This document shows positions 26,699 to 41,174 of a stretch of DNA of 64,000 nt, in pieces. A program made the position numbers and the translations under genes. Numbering within the stretch: the stretch's first letter is position 1; each line of letters opens with the position of its first letter. Under the pieces are notes generated by a model. That model was given only the letters and a program-made list of their open reading frames with translations. It had not been told where the DNA came from and made no database searches. Origin of the DNA: Octopus vulgaris (lineage: Eukaryota); assembly GCA_951406725.2 (NCBI GenBank), contig OX597817.1, positions 119,226,001 to 119,290,000 of the forward strand, in the 5' to 3' direction.

Positions 26699-27581
26699 AA
26701 ATATAATAGAAAACTCAAAAACGAAATTAAATTATTTTTCCAAAATCCTTTTAACACTTTTCCTGAGTCATTACAGAATGAAATGATAGAATTTTGGTTA
26801 TTTCTTTCCTGTTATCTGAACTATATCTTGAAGCAGATATAAACAGATATTCTGCATCATTAATTGTTTCTAAGAATGATATATGAACTGATTTGATTGT
26901 ATTCTCTTAAAATCTTTTGTACATCAAAGGGTGGCTAACAGCTGTTGTATACAATTTTATGAGAAATAAAGAAGTAAAATGACACTGTAATTGGAGTTTG
27001 TATCTAATTTTGTAGGTAAAGCAATTGCTATATGTTTAATATATATTTTTATGATAGAGAGATAAAAAAAAAGCACTGATCCGTCACAAACCTGAAGAGA
27101 GCTGAAGATTAACAAGATGAAATGTGAACATAAATTTATAAATATCCTAAAGGTGTCATACATCCACTATCTTCTCAACTCATATCAGCAAAACTTACAA
27201 ATTAGGATAATATGTAAGTAGATAGGTTTTCAGCACAGAGATCTTACATATATAACAACTTAAGAACATTATGTTTCTATATATATATATTACACTAGTT
27301 AATTTTCTAAAATTAGTTTTTAAGGCCAAGGACTAGATAAATATATTTGTTATGTGAATACTGAGAACTGACTCACATAAATTTCCAAAGTAATCTATTA
27401 AAGAACCATTCCAAAAGTAGTAATATCAATGTCAACATAACTTATACATGTGTATTTTTCTTATTCAAAGAAGGTAGCAAGAATCTCACACCGTAAATTC
27501 TAGCTTAATGGCTACAAATGTAAATAGAAACATTACTATTTCTAGATCTGTCCATGAGAGACATTCAGTAACAGTACACTA

Positions 27582-28042
27582 CAGTAAAGATTAATTGTCA
27601 ACATAATGTGGCAGTCCCAGTTGGGAGAAATGTTACTGTAATTTAGCCTCAAGAAACATCGTCTCACACTGGCTATATGACACGCAGTCTGTGTCCTTAT
27701 ATTTTTGAACAGGGGAGTTTAGCATCCCCACTCAGCACAAAGCAATATCTGTCGACTGCAGTTTCTGAGTTATTTCTCTTCCTTGGCACAGGGACAGGAA
27801 TTTTGCAGTGCCATCTCTAGCCGAGCAATTATTCTGTGCCAAGTAAGATAAATTACTCAGAAACCGTGGTCCACAGATACTACTTTGTGCTGAGTGGGGA
27901 CGCTAAACTCCCCTGTCCAAAAAATAAGGACACATATTGTGTGTCATACAGCCAGCTGGAGACGATGCTTCCTGGGGCTAAATAACAGTAACATTCATTC
28001 CAACCAGGATGGCCATATTATGTTGGCAAATAATCTTTATGG
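27582..28042. mobile_element. Palindromic MITE / fold-back element (~210-bp arms, ~42-bp spacer)
   Basis: 27582-27791 is an imperfect reverse complement of 27834-28042, e.g. TAAAGATTA/TAATCTTTA, TGTGTCCTTAT/ATAAGGACACA, CCCCACTCAGCACAAAG/CTTTGTGCTGAGTGGGG. Confidence 0.9.
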
Positions 28043-30394
28043 CTACAAACGAAAAAAAATTTTTTTATTTGTTTAACCTTTCTGTAACACTGTGAATTAA
28101 TAATGTAAATTATCATTTGAAAAATGATTTTTTAAATTCTTTTAGCCTCAGCTCATATCAGAAGGTCTTGGTAACTGAATCTGATAAAGTACACATGATC
28201 ATTTTACTTTTTTGCCATAATTTATTCAGTGTTAAACTTTCTGTGTGTGTGTGTGTGTATATATTATATATATATATAAATATATATATGACAGATTTTG
28301 TTTAACAGGTATATATAAGAGGTTTTATTTAACATTATATATATATATATACATACACATACATATACACAAGTCTTAAATTAACCCTTACTCAGGTCAT
28401 TTCATCATCTTTATCACAGCAACCACAAACCAGATGTGTCTGTTCACCTCCAGCAATAGAGAGCAGTCACTACATTTCGTTTCATAACTGCTATCTCTGA
28501 AGAACACAAAGTTACATAATCATGCTGTTACCTAACACTCCATTTAACTCCTAGCTTGAAACAGACTGGTAATATCAATCATATTGGATATATAATACTG
28601 TACACTTCGACTTTTATATATATATATATATATATATCTCCTGCATATATGACTATCCAAGACATGTAAAAAAATGTATTTATGTAAAAGTTTGGGAGTA
28701 TCAGTTGAGTGAATCTTCACCTTTAACTGAATAAATAAACACATGTATCTAACTCTATTCTAGATAATATATCACCACACACACACACAAAGATGCACAT
28801 ACATGCTTTTATATGGAGAGTGATGAGAGAAAAGTCTTATTTGCATGATAATTTAGAAGAGTATTTTCATTTTGTTTCAATATTATTAAAAATATGTATA
28901 TTTTTTTTACTGATATTTTTTAATTCTTTGCAGGTATTTATTGTAATCTTTTGTTGCCATTACAATTTATTACACTGACTATTATGCAAATACTATACAC
29001 AAAATTTAAAATATGATTATTAGGATGCATTTAACCAGCATTTACCGAGGAACTTATAAATGTAAAACATTATCATTGGTAGCTCTCTCTCACAATGTTC
29101 TCCAACAATGGTTTAAACTTTGGAATATGAAAGATGGTTTGCGACAGACAAACAATGAATGTGGCAAATAAGAGAGAGCATTCTCTTCCAAATTTAATTG
29201 ATTTTCATTATATATATTGCCTTGGCTTTATTTTTCAACAATAGCTCTAAACTTTGCTAATTTTGCACACAAATTATTCCATCTGCTGAGTATGTGTCTA
29301 TATGTATGTGTGCATTTGTTAGTATGCATAATTACATACATACACACACACAGGGTGGAGGGGAGAGAGAGAGAAATGTTTAATTGAAAATCCTAAGAAT
29401 TTTGTGCTGAAATTCTATAGAATTCTAAAGGAAAAGCCATTTGTTTTAGATATGGCTGCCATAAAATACTGATTCTATGAAAATATAATCTCTCCTACAG
29501 ATTTTGTCAATTTTCCATGAGCAAAGAAGAATTAAATTTCCAGAAGATGGTGCGTGTGTGTGTGTGTCTGTGTGTGCATATGTATATGCATGCACACAAG
29601 TGTATTTACAATGATGAACAGAAAGTGAAAGAATGATGAAAACATTCAAGTTGTTGGTGGAGACGATGAATTATGATAGTAGTTGTGGCTTCTGTGCTTG
29701 TGGTAGAGATGAAGATACTAGCAACAGACATTTTAATATTGGAATATTTTTCATTTGAATTTATATTATCAAAAGTTTTGGTATGAAGAATTAATGCTAT
29801 GTGATATTTTCTTATAAGCTTGAGGCAACAAAGTACAATAATAAGTTTCTACCAACAAGCTGTTTTACATTAAATTACTCCTAATATTACTGCAATGGAT
29901 AATATGGTAAATTTTCATATATTTATTCAAATGGGAAAAAAACTAATTAATTTTCTATGAATATCTTATTTTTATTATTTATCTTTTTTATCATAGGTGT
30001 CAGTATATTTACGCTCATTTTATGTTTAGATAAAATGTTAATCCTCAGCTGAAGTAAAATTGTACAAAATATCAACAGGTTAATGTAGTTTGTTGGAAAT
30101 GTGTACAAGTGAAAGTAAATAAATTAGATTAAAATAAAGAAGCTAAAATATTGTGATAAGCTTCAGCTATAATGACCTTCCTAAAGTCAAGTGCAAATCA
30201 TTATGTTTAACCTTTATTCTAAGTGTATGAGCATGAGTGCATGTATGTGTTTAGTTTGTAACTTTGTATTAGCCATTATGGTTAAGATCATGAACATTAC
30301 CTTATAAACTTACTAAACAAACTAACTGACATACAACACTGAAAAAGTAACAGCTTTAAATAAAATTATATAAAACATGAACATGTGCATGTGT

Positions 30395-30411
30395 ACATAC
30401 ATATATATATG

Positions 30412-30455
<44 letters not shown>

Positions 30456-30468
30456 TACATATATATAT

Positions 30469-30534
<66 letters not shown>

Positions 30535-30550
30535 GTATATATATATATAT
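30395..30550. repeat. (TA)n microsatellite
   Basis: Directly visible. Confidence 0.95.
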
Positions 30551-30865
30551 GTGGAGGCACAATGGCCCAGTGGTTAGGGCAGCAGACGCGCGGTCGGAGG
30601 ATTGTGGTTTCGATTCCCAGACCGGGCGTTGTGAGTGTTTATTGAGCAAAAACACCTAAAGCTCCAAGAGGCTCCGGCAGAGGGTGGTGGCGATCCCTGC
30701 TGTATTCTTTCGTCGCAACTTTCTCTCACTCTTTCTTCTGTTGGCCTGCTCGCTTAGCCAGCAAGGGGGCGTCATTTGAAGGCTAAAAAGCAATGCGAAG
30801 TGCATTGTGAACAGCGATGTGTAGCAACATCTGATAGCCTGGTCGGTCACGGTGATCATGGTGAT
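30551..30865 (+). mobile_element. Young tRNA-derived SINE, family C, inserted in (TA)n
   Basis: Head GGCACAATGGCCCAGTGGTTAGGGCAGCAGAC..GGTTTCGATTCCC has pol III A and B boxes, followed by ~240 bp of non-tRNA body. CpG-rich relative to the window, with TA arrays on both sides. Confidence 0.85.
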
Positions 30866-30926
30866 ATATATATATGTATATATATGTATGTATATATATG
30901 TATATATATATATGTATGTATATATA

Positions 30927-30990
30927 TGATGAACGGCAACGTGAAACTCAGAGTAACAGGTTTTGTTGAATTTTCTGCTGCTTTAAATTA
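30927..30990 (+). mobile_element. 5'-truncated hammerhead-bearing (Penelope-like) fragment
   Basis: TGATGA-ACG-GCAA-CGT-GAAA-CTCAGAG-TA-ACAG. The first core C and the 5' strand of stem I are replaced by (TA)n. Confidence 0.6.
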
Positions 30991-33032
30991 AGTATATATA
31001 TATATATATATATATACAGACAGAGTGGGAGAAAGAGAGGGATGGTGGGAAAAATATATATCGGCGTTTATGAAGCCTCTGTATGGCTTAACAGAAATTT
31101 GTGTGAATATGATTGTGTATGATTTTGCTGTAATCCTCATTATGCATCTTATCAGTCTCATATCCCTTGAAAGAAATGAGACAATGAAAGGAACCACATG
31201 ATAGATGCATGACCTGTTTGAAATAACAGTCAAGTCTTTCTCAACTAATACCATACTGTCAAAATTCAATTATGTAGCACTACATATGCAGAAAGAAAGA
31301 TAGTCAAAGGTGGTGTATTTTTATCATCACTTTTTAGTGTAAAAGCTGATATGGAGCTAAATTAAAAATCTTTTCATTTCCAAACTAATCAACATAAACA
31401 ATCTTCCTTTAAGAGAAAATTGTTTTGAGGATATTTTAGCTACTTGAACTTGTCTTTCACAAAGTATTAAGGAATAATTTTAACAATATTAACTTCACCT
31501 GACACGCTCATCCAAAATTATATTTTCAAGTAAGTCGTGATCCAACCACTCACACCTTAATTCATTTGTCCTGTAAAACTACTCTGAAATAAATAACCTT
31601 GTTCTCTAAACTGTCCAAATGGTTTCGTGGTCAGAATGTCATTCTCGACATTCTTATTGTACAACCAAATTTTAATGTTAACATGTTAATCAAATATGGC
31701 TGCAATGAAATCAAAACACTGACAGCAGTGGGTATCATTCTCTTAATCAATGAATCTTATTTTGTAGGGCGGGAGAAGACAGCCCCTGTAATAGGTTTGA
31801 AGCTTGAGTTGCAAAACATTCAGCCTACAGTCTACAATGAAATTGCAGTTCTTTCCATCTCTCATGCAATCCAAGTGAGTCTTCTAATCTTGGCAACAAA
31901 TACGATATACTTGTCTCAAACAAATTATGAATTTTTGACTTATTTTTACCTTTATGGAATGGCTTATGAGACGTAATTTATAAAATTTTAAGTGGAATTC
32001 CAAATGTCTTCAATCCTATGAATAGATATAGATCTACTTCTGCTCAGAATTGTAAAAGAAATTGTTCATGTGCTTTCATTTCTAATATTTAAAGATTTGA
32101 TGTTTAGGTATGCACCAAGGGGAACAATCATACTTGACCATTAGAAATATATGAAGAAACTAATAAAAACTTAGAAACTTTGCTAAATAGGTGAGCAACT
32201 CAATGGGGAATGATATCTAAATTAATTACTGAGACTTTCAGTCAATACATAGCTCTTTATTTACAGAGAAAGCAATAGATGGACATGTCTAAATGAATTT
32301 ACTAACGAAAATAATGGCAAGTAATAAAACTTCCTTATGTGATAAAATATATTTGGCATTTCTGATATAACATTAGGCTATTTGTCAGGAAAATAAAAGA
32401 ATTTAAATGGATAATTTCTCAAATAAATAATGCATAATGTATTGGACACCAGTATAAATCTTCTGAGAATAACCTGGCCCACAATATTGTGAATATATGC
32501 ATGCCATAATTTGTTGCTTTGATTGTAAAGACATTTCTTATCAGGAATCCAATATAGTTGTATTGTACCCAATAAAGCACATAGTAAAGGTATTCAGGTG
32601 AAAAACAAAATTGTCTGTAGCAAGGAACACCTGAAGTAGCCTTTAATTTAATATTTTGGGGGAAAATGAACAGAAATGTAGAAATAAATGCAGATGGAAA
32701 TTCCAATCTAATAACTAATATTGTTGATAGAATCATCAAATAATGCATCATCTCATTTGATATGTTAGAGTAGTGAGAGGAGAAAAATGAGCAAAACTAA
32801 TCATCCTGCTCAAAAGAGAATAAGATGTATACAATAAAATCTATCATAATAATTGATAAGATGTGGAAATTAGATGATTGCAGTGCATGAGTATTTGTCT
32901 ATTAACTATATACAATATATGCAGAGTAAGTGACATTATATTCATTTTTATATGGATGAATATAAATGCACGAAATATATATGAATATATACTTACATCT
33001 ATATACATCTCTCTTTCCCTCTCTTTGTAGAC

Positions 33033-33285
<253 letters not shown>

Positions 33286-33914
33286 TTAGATAGTTAGAGA
33301 TATATTTATGTGTATGTTACAATAAATATAAATGTTAATTTCTATGTGTGCCATGGAAACTCCACAGAAATAGGCTACTGGACTGAAAATTAAATAAAAT
33401 ATTGCACTCTATATTGAGTACACTTTCTTCAGACTGTCACCCAACAGATGCATCATCATCATCATCATCATCATTACTATCATCACTATCATCAATACTT
33501 CCATTGTCGTACTTTGCAGATGTCTATACTATGACAAACTACTGTTTATCTAGATCATGTAGAAATTGTCTGCAAATCTCAGGAAGTTGAAAATGGTGTC
33601 TATCATTCCATACTTCAGTAAAACTTTTAATTGCATTTTTACCAAGATTACTCCATTCTGCATCAATTTGTTTTTAGTTATTTCAGTATCAACTATTTTT
33701 CAAATCCTTGTCTCTCCATTTTGTGTCTCTGTAATTATCTTTCTTCAGTGTATTTGTTATACTCTTACATCAATTAAAAATTATTAAAATGTAATTAAAG
33801 CCCACAATTAAGCATTTAAAATGAAAGAAATAGTGAAACAGATCAATCTGGCTAGTTTTCTTTTTATGAACCTAAGATGGACAAAAGGTAAACTAGGCAG
33901 GGACCATAATCACA

Positions 33915-34685
33915 AGTGATGGGAAGCAAGAGGCCAGGATTTGATGCTACAATTGCAGGTGCTGGCCCAATAGTGAACCAGCTCCAGAATTTTATCCTCA
34001 GAAGAGGAAAGGGTGATACAAAGCCAAACCCACTATTGCCAATTCAGTGTTCATGCCTATTCTTCACCTATGGTCATGAATGTTGAGCTAATGACTGAAA
34101 GACTACAATCACAAATACATGCAGCTAAAATGGGGTTCCTTCAAGGTGTATCTGAAGTCATATTACTCTCCAAGGTGTGTAGCTCAGAGACCAGGAAGGT
34201 CACCACTTCAGTACTAAAGACATGTGATTAGAATGTCACAGGAAAGAATTGCAAGCCAGATTCTTCAGGCAAAGTCAACTGGTAGTGACCTAGGAGTAGA
34301 TCTAGAATGAGACAATTAGATAATATCCTATTTCTTTACTACCCACAAGGGGATAAACACAGAGAGGACAAACAAGGACAGACAAACGGATTAAGTCGAT
34401 TATATCGACCCCAGTGCATAAATGTACTTATTTAATCGACTCCAAAAGGATGAAAGGCAAAGTCGACCTCAGTGGAATTTGAACTCAGACGAAATACCGC
34501 TAAGCATTTTGCCCAACGTGCTAACGTTTCTGCCATCATCTCAGTTGGTCATGCTTGGAAACCCAGTCAGAAAGTGTAATGATAGTTGCTTCTGACAGAC
34601 TCTATGGAAGAGATGGCTGTGAACACTCTCTCACTGACCCTGCTAGTAATAGAGGGCAGAAAAGATGGATGGATGGGTGGGTGGG
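33915..34685 (+). mobile_element. Decayed RTE-clade (Expander/Rex3-like) LINE 3' end, interrupted by a SINE
   Basis: Translates to TYGHEC..MTERLQSQIHAAKMGFLQGVSEVILLSKVCSSETRK, HVIRMSQERIASQILQAKSTG and RSRMRQLDNI|HHLSWSCLE, then a (GGAT)n-like tail. Confidence 0.85.
34328..34533 (-). mobile_element. SINE family A copy nested in the RTE remnant
   Basis: Close match to 9061-9294. Removing it rejoins the RTE codons DNI|HHLSW. Confidence 0.9.
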
Positions 34686-37600
34686 TGTGAGTGTATGTGT
34701 GTATGTGTTGAGATTGAGGAGGTGAATAAATAAGATTATAAAATCTTTCAACAAGCAATTATGCAATCCTGGCAGTTAATTTGCTGAAATGTGTGCATGA
34801 TTATAAAGCATAAAATACAATATTTGTTTTCTGTATTTTATTAATACTGTTATGTGGTTTGTATTCTGCACACCAGCATATCCCATGGTTTGATGCCCTA
34901 CTTTGTACTGCACCGGATATAGGAGTGGAGTGTGGGACATACTACTGTGCCTGAACATTGATTATGTGTTGCACTTCACAGCACAAATTTATTGTGTGTG
35001 TGCATGTATACACATGTGCAGATATGTATCATATACACACAAACACATTTATCAATATATTTATATACAAGTATAATATATACATACATAAATGTATGCA
35101 TGTATGTTCATATATTTTCATACATCTATTTGCATGATTCTATCCAAGCAGACACACCAGTGCAGCACAAATGTTTATGTTTCTGTACATATAAATCTAA
35201 AGTCTATTTTAACTGCACAGTTGCATCTCATGTAAGAATCATTGCTTTAATTACTTATAACCATGATTAAATCCCCATGACTTTTTAGTACTACATCACA
35301 ACATGTTACCATTGGTGATTTCATGCTGAGTGTATTTATAGTATGTGTTTGCATAAACTGGGAATTCAAAGCTTTACGTAGCTGAGTTTGTAAAAGCAAG
35401 ATATGGTATTTTGGTTATCAATGAGATCAGCAAAATTTAAGATGAGAAAATAGATAAATCCTGCATTACTATATTTCTTATTCAATAGTGAAAGAAATAA
35501 TTATATCAGAATTTAATTTGATATATCCATACACTTCTGGTTTAATGTTATATATTTACACGTTAAAGTAAAATGCCAATCATTCATTGTTTAAAGTGTA
35601 TTTGCACAATAGTTTGTAGCATTTCAAAAGTTTCCTCGAATTCTAATGGCTATAATAAATCCTTTATTTGTCCCATACAAAACCAATGGCTTTACATCCA
35701 TGTTTTCTGGCGTGAAGCCATAGAAAAACCATAGATTTTCACAGAATAGCAATAACCCTTTATCTATTGTGACAGCTGGGAATAGTTGCAACAATGCAAT
35801 ATGATGATTAATGTCATTCACATACATGATATTATTTTCACGATGGAATGTTTATCTGGGATAAACTGCAAGACAATTAATTAAAAGTTGCTATGTTTCG
35901 TTAATTCTTCAGGTATGTAAACTTAGTAAACAACTTTGATAATTATTCTTGATTAAACTATACTGATGCAATTTTAATTTATAAATGTTCAACTGAACAG
36001 TTGTATATTTAGCTAAGTACACATTTTTGTCAAGAAGACAGCAGTATAAATTCTCACATTTTCATAAAACACTGGATTAAATATTTTAATTGTAGTCTTT
36101 TCTTCGATATCAGAGTAACCACAACTTCTAAAGACAAAACTATCTATGTATCTATGGCAATTACAAAAAATGTTTAAATAGAAGTAAAAATATTTGTGAA
36201 AATAATCACTAACATTTCATTGTGTTAAAGGAAGGTAATCATATTACCTAGCAAACTCTTAGAAACTCGGCAGGGGTGGGTGTGGAAACAGTAAAATAAA
36301 TTAGAAAATTTATGGCAGAAGACAGCCACATATTTCTGATATTGAACTATGATATAATGTGAATACACTTAATTCCCAGCATATTATACTCAGTCCATTG
36401 AAATGTATGTAGCTACCTTAGGGAAGTGCAATAAAGTTTAATATATTATTGCTTCATTAGTTTGCAGTGTTGAGATGAAACAATTCTATAGTTATTATTG
36501 GAGCGGTATAGGCTTTACTAATCTATGATAAGCTATCTTGCCTCATACATGAAGATAATGTTTTCTATTGATGCTCTAGTGACATATTGGATAAACGACT
36601 GCTATCACTATTTGTGCCACTACCTTCTGATATACTAGTGCTATCACATACCATAAAATATAACTAAATTTATAACTACATTTTGTATAAAAATAAAATC
36701 AACACTTACTGAATTTCTAAAATACATAAATGGAATCAGCTACAAATGAAACACATGTGCACACACATAGACACACACACATTACTCACACATATACATA
36801 CACACACATGTACCTGATCAGTTCTATGCTGCCTCCATCTAAACCATTTAAGGCTCTCATTTACTTTCCTTCCATCAACTTATTATGTCTCTTCTTCAAA
36901 ACCTTCCACTAAGCATTTTTATATAATTTTTCTTACAGCTGGCAACCCATTGGAACTCTTTTCCTCATCACATATTTTCAGTATTTTCAGCAACCCATCA
37001 ATCTACAGCTATGAAAATTGAAATCTGACTTCAACAAATCCAGTATCAGAGGGACAGTAAAGATATGAATAATGCTCTTCTTTGTCAAATTGACAAAATT
37101 GAGTAATATGCACACACACTTTCAGCAACATATTCACACCCCGCTCTCTCTCTCTCTCTCTCACACACACACATACATACACATACAACAACATTGTCAC
37201 TTCATGCAAATTATCTATTATGTTCACTTGAGAAATATATGCAAATGAATGTACACCACATTGAACATAAAATATATAAGGTGATGAAACACATTTTGTT
37301 TTTATGAAAGAATAGAAGTTGAATTTACTTTTTATTGCTAACTTGCTTATTCGAAGCGAGCTTTGTGCTATGAATGGACAGTACCAAAATGTTTTAGTCA
37401 CCATAGTCAAAATTCATATTTTTATCTTCTTTTATTGGGACTGCTAAAATTTTTATGCCTGATAAATTACCATACACTTGTTAATTTTAGCATTTTTTAT
37501 TCTCTTTGTGAACATCAGCTATTTAAGGGTGTTTTCTAGTCATGCTTTTACTCTACTTGCCTTTTACATACAATACATTCTGCAAAGAAATAGTAAAAAA

Positions 37601-37912
37601 GCTGAAATGTGTAGCTGCACTTGAAATAAAATGTACTGAAACTTGTTACTATCATAAGGCTTCTACTCATGCAAATTATTCGCATGAACAGAAGAGAAAG
37701 ATGAACATATTTCCAGACTGAGATAATGATCAATTGTAAGAATTAAATAAATTATCTGATATTAATTTTGCACATCAAAATTTTGGCTTATAATTGGATT
37801 AGAATGAAATTATAGCTTTAGAATTGCTGATTACAAATGACTGTCAAAAGAAGGATGAAAAAGAAATTCTAAATAATGGTCCTTACTTAGGCGACATAGA
37901 GTTTTGTTATAT

Positions 37913-38108
37913 ATATAAAGTGAAAAATAAATCCTGGAAACATACTTAAGAATATAATTTAAAAACAAACAAAACATTACTTGAAAGCATATATATATAT
38001 ATGTATATATATGTATATATATGTATATATATGCTTTCAAGTAATGTTTTGTTTGTTTTTAAATTATATTCTTAAGTATGTTTCCAGGATTTATTTTTCA
38101 CTTTATAT
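37913..38108. repeat. Perfect 78-bp inverted repeat around a TA-rich spacer
   Basis: 37913-37990 is the exact reverse complement of 38031-38108, checked base by base. Confidence 0.95.
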
Positions 38109-41100
38109 GCTGCCAAAAGAACATTTGATTAATTCCATGGCAGTATCATTAAGAGAACTTTATGCTGAGCAAAAGAACACTATTTTGTGAACAGCTTCAA
38201 ATTTTAAAAGCATTTAAGATACCTTAACACCTCCAAGAATGATCTCTGCGCATCTTCCACCTTCAGTGTGACACTTTCATCAAACTGGTTGACAAGCACA
38301 ATGCTTTGGTGGTATAATTATCTGACCTCCGTAAGACTAAAGTATTTCAACAACATTTTAGCCTCCTAAGCTACCATAAATTATCCTCTGATGGTCTCAT
38401 TTACAACCTGCAACCAGCAACTTGTGTTCATCACCATCTGCTTCTTTTCCAAGAATCACAAAACCATCACCTCAGTCATTCTATCATTTCTGCTTGAAAC
38501 TGTTCCAATGACTTCATTCTTAAATATCTCGAGCAGTGTTTCCTATTCTTAGTTGTAGCCCTTTTCATACGCATTCAGAACTCCAACCACAGCATCTTTC
38601 TCATCGTTATTTTCTCTTTTCCCCTTGGCCCCTACCATTGCCACACCTAATCTGAATCTTTTGCTTGGTCCTACTCTCACTACAGCAGAACATCATTACC
38701 TTACACATATCTATCTCATCCTTCCTCACCACTAACCTCCAAGAACATCAAACAACAATTAATCTTTTAATTAAATATGGCTAAGCAAGTTGAGACTATT
38801 AATTAAGTTGCCATTCTCAAAGTATACTATCTTCTTCTTCTAAAGGAACACCTATGCTCAGCTTCACTTACACACATGCTGTGCTACCCATCCTTCACAC
38901 ACAGTATTATGTTCTCTTCATTGACCAGCAGGACACTAAATCTGTTCCCACAATGCATACATATACACACACACACCTATATAACATGCTCACACAGATT
39001 TCCCTACTGACTTACGTAACATATTCACACACAGCCATACTCACTCCTGTGCTTATCTTGCCAATCTTCCACAACCTTTTTGGATACAAAACACCATTTT
39101 ACACACTTCCACTATACCTATTTCTATTCAGGCATTCACCATGCTACCTTAATAAAATCAAACACCGTTTTTCTTATTTAACATACTTTTTCTTTATTTT
39201 TCTGCTTTTGACAAGGGGCCACCAATCTTCTTTCTTCCCAAAGTATTGTATTAACACTACATCTTGTTCTTGTTGCTGCTTTTGATTTTTGTTTCCCTTG
39301 ATTTTTGTGTGACTTAATTTGATATTCCGTTACTATGCTGACAGTGACTACATAGATTACCACTGGACACAACATTATACTATATGAAAATGTGTTTTTT
39401 TGTTGAAAACAGAGAACAATGTATGTACAGGTAAGTCAGGGAAGACTTCAAATGAAGTAATTCAATACTCTCAAGGAGAATTTATGTTAACACTAGGAAT
39501 AAGTAAGCTATATCAAAACCTGATGCAGAGTATGATGTTTATATGCTTTTATATGCTCAGTCTTTCATGAAAGTGCCTGTGGAAACATATATGGTAATAT
39601 ATGTAAGGTAATGCACAAGACAATGAAGGTGAAAGCAATATTAATGATATTTAGCACTATAATCTGCATGTAATTGACAGCATATACATGTAAACATGCA
39701 TACATTCACACATACAGATTTCTTGCATACAAACACACATAGATACAAATATACATGTATTCTCATACATCAAAGCATATTCACATGCCGATAAAACCTA
39801 TTGATTTAAAACTTATTCCAACAAACAACAGAATCTGCTTGATTATGAAACCAGCACGCTCATATACAAATGCACATGTACACATTTGTAATATTTTTTG
39901 TTATTGTTATTGTTGTAAAAAGAGGAACATTATTCAAGTCGGAATAATGAAGGAAAAAGTTTTTAAAAAATACAATAAAATAAAATAAAATAAACATACA
40001 TTTATAAGAATTACAAATTTGTAAATTGAGAAAGAGTTTTATATCATGCTATGGAAAATGTTCGATTCTGTACTTGAAATAAATTTTCCATAATTATTAG
40101 AAATTAATTTGTCACTTGCTTTAAAAGAATTACAAGAATCAATTATATTTCAACTAAACAGCTCCAAATGAAGAGACATGCATGAAAAGGGAAGACTGAT
40201 ATCTGAAAGCTTTTACTAATGCATTCCAAAATGCATATTTCACTGAGAAATTGAATAATGAATTGAAACAAACTTATAAAATGATAGCAGTTGGTGTTTT
40301 TTTTTCTCACATGTTTAATTTTTTTACTTTCTAATGTGCAACAGATGTATTTCTTCAATAATTAACAAAGGGAATACTTTTTCACATGTTATGCTACTCT
40401 ATTATTTTAAAATCTTGATCAGATCTAAAGATATATTCTGTTTTGAGCTTGTAACAGAAGTAGTAATAGCAGCAACAATACTAGGTAGGTACTGCTGTTT
40501 TGTTTAGGAAATTCAAATTAATCATAGACATATGGTGTTGGCAATCACACACACACACACACACAAACAGATAAAAAGATATGAAAGAAAACAAGAAAAA
40601 CTACAAAAGTGAGAAGAGAAAACAGACTAGTAGTATAACAACTACTATATTTGTCTACGAGAAATGTAGTAATATCCAACTTTTTTACTCAACAAACAGT
40701 CACTTATTTAAGCACCATGTTTTCTATTAACTTCGTGGAAATTTGATATTGATTCTTTCATCATAGATCACTCTCCATATTCATACACATGCAAATGTAT
40801 TCATGCATAACAAAGCATATGCATATACACCAATGGTTTCAATAATAAATTAACATATGATAAGTATAAAAACATGACGGGGGAAATATATATTTCAAAA
40901 AGACTATGTTTAGTATCTAATGAAAGAGTTGGAATTAGAAAAGCATAAATGAAAAAAATACATAGCTTTAACAAGTTACTTTTGGAAGTGATTAAAGTAA
41001 TTTGCAGAATGCCTGGATTTTATCCCTCTTAAACTGATTACCAATCTTAAAAAATAATAGTTCTCTTGAATACAGGATCACAAAGATAAAATGGAAGACC

Positions 41101-41174
41101 AGGTAAAACATTGCAAGAACTTGCATAGTTGGATCATAAAATGTTTTGCTTCACATTGCAAGAATGGAAACCGG

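Noticed and set aside
30555-30630. tRNA gene
   Set aside because: A and B boxes are present, but there is no proper acceptor stem or terminator and the sequence continues into a SINE body.
31599-31976. 125-aa ORF
   Set aside because: TTG start, no recognisable motif and no convincing splice sites; possibly decayed transposon sequence.
32419-32751. Helitron/PIF1 helicase remnant (RLEFP..CFSPEYLY versus RLQFP..CFSHGQLY)
   Set aside because: The similarity is too weak to support without a profile search.
34845-34955. Short frame ending GTYYCA, reminiscent of an Ig-domain motif
   Set aside because: No acceptor site or other Ig hallmarks; likely chance.
35686-35721. Small hairpin ATGGCTTTAC/GTGAAGCCAT
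   Set aside because: Only about 13 bp of pairing, too short for a pre-miRNA, and no RNA family motif is recognised.
37831-38190. Two ORFs on opposite strands sharing the peptide CFQVMFCLFLNYILKYVSRIYFSLY
   Set aside because: This is a consequence of the perfect DNA palindrome, not duplicated genes.
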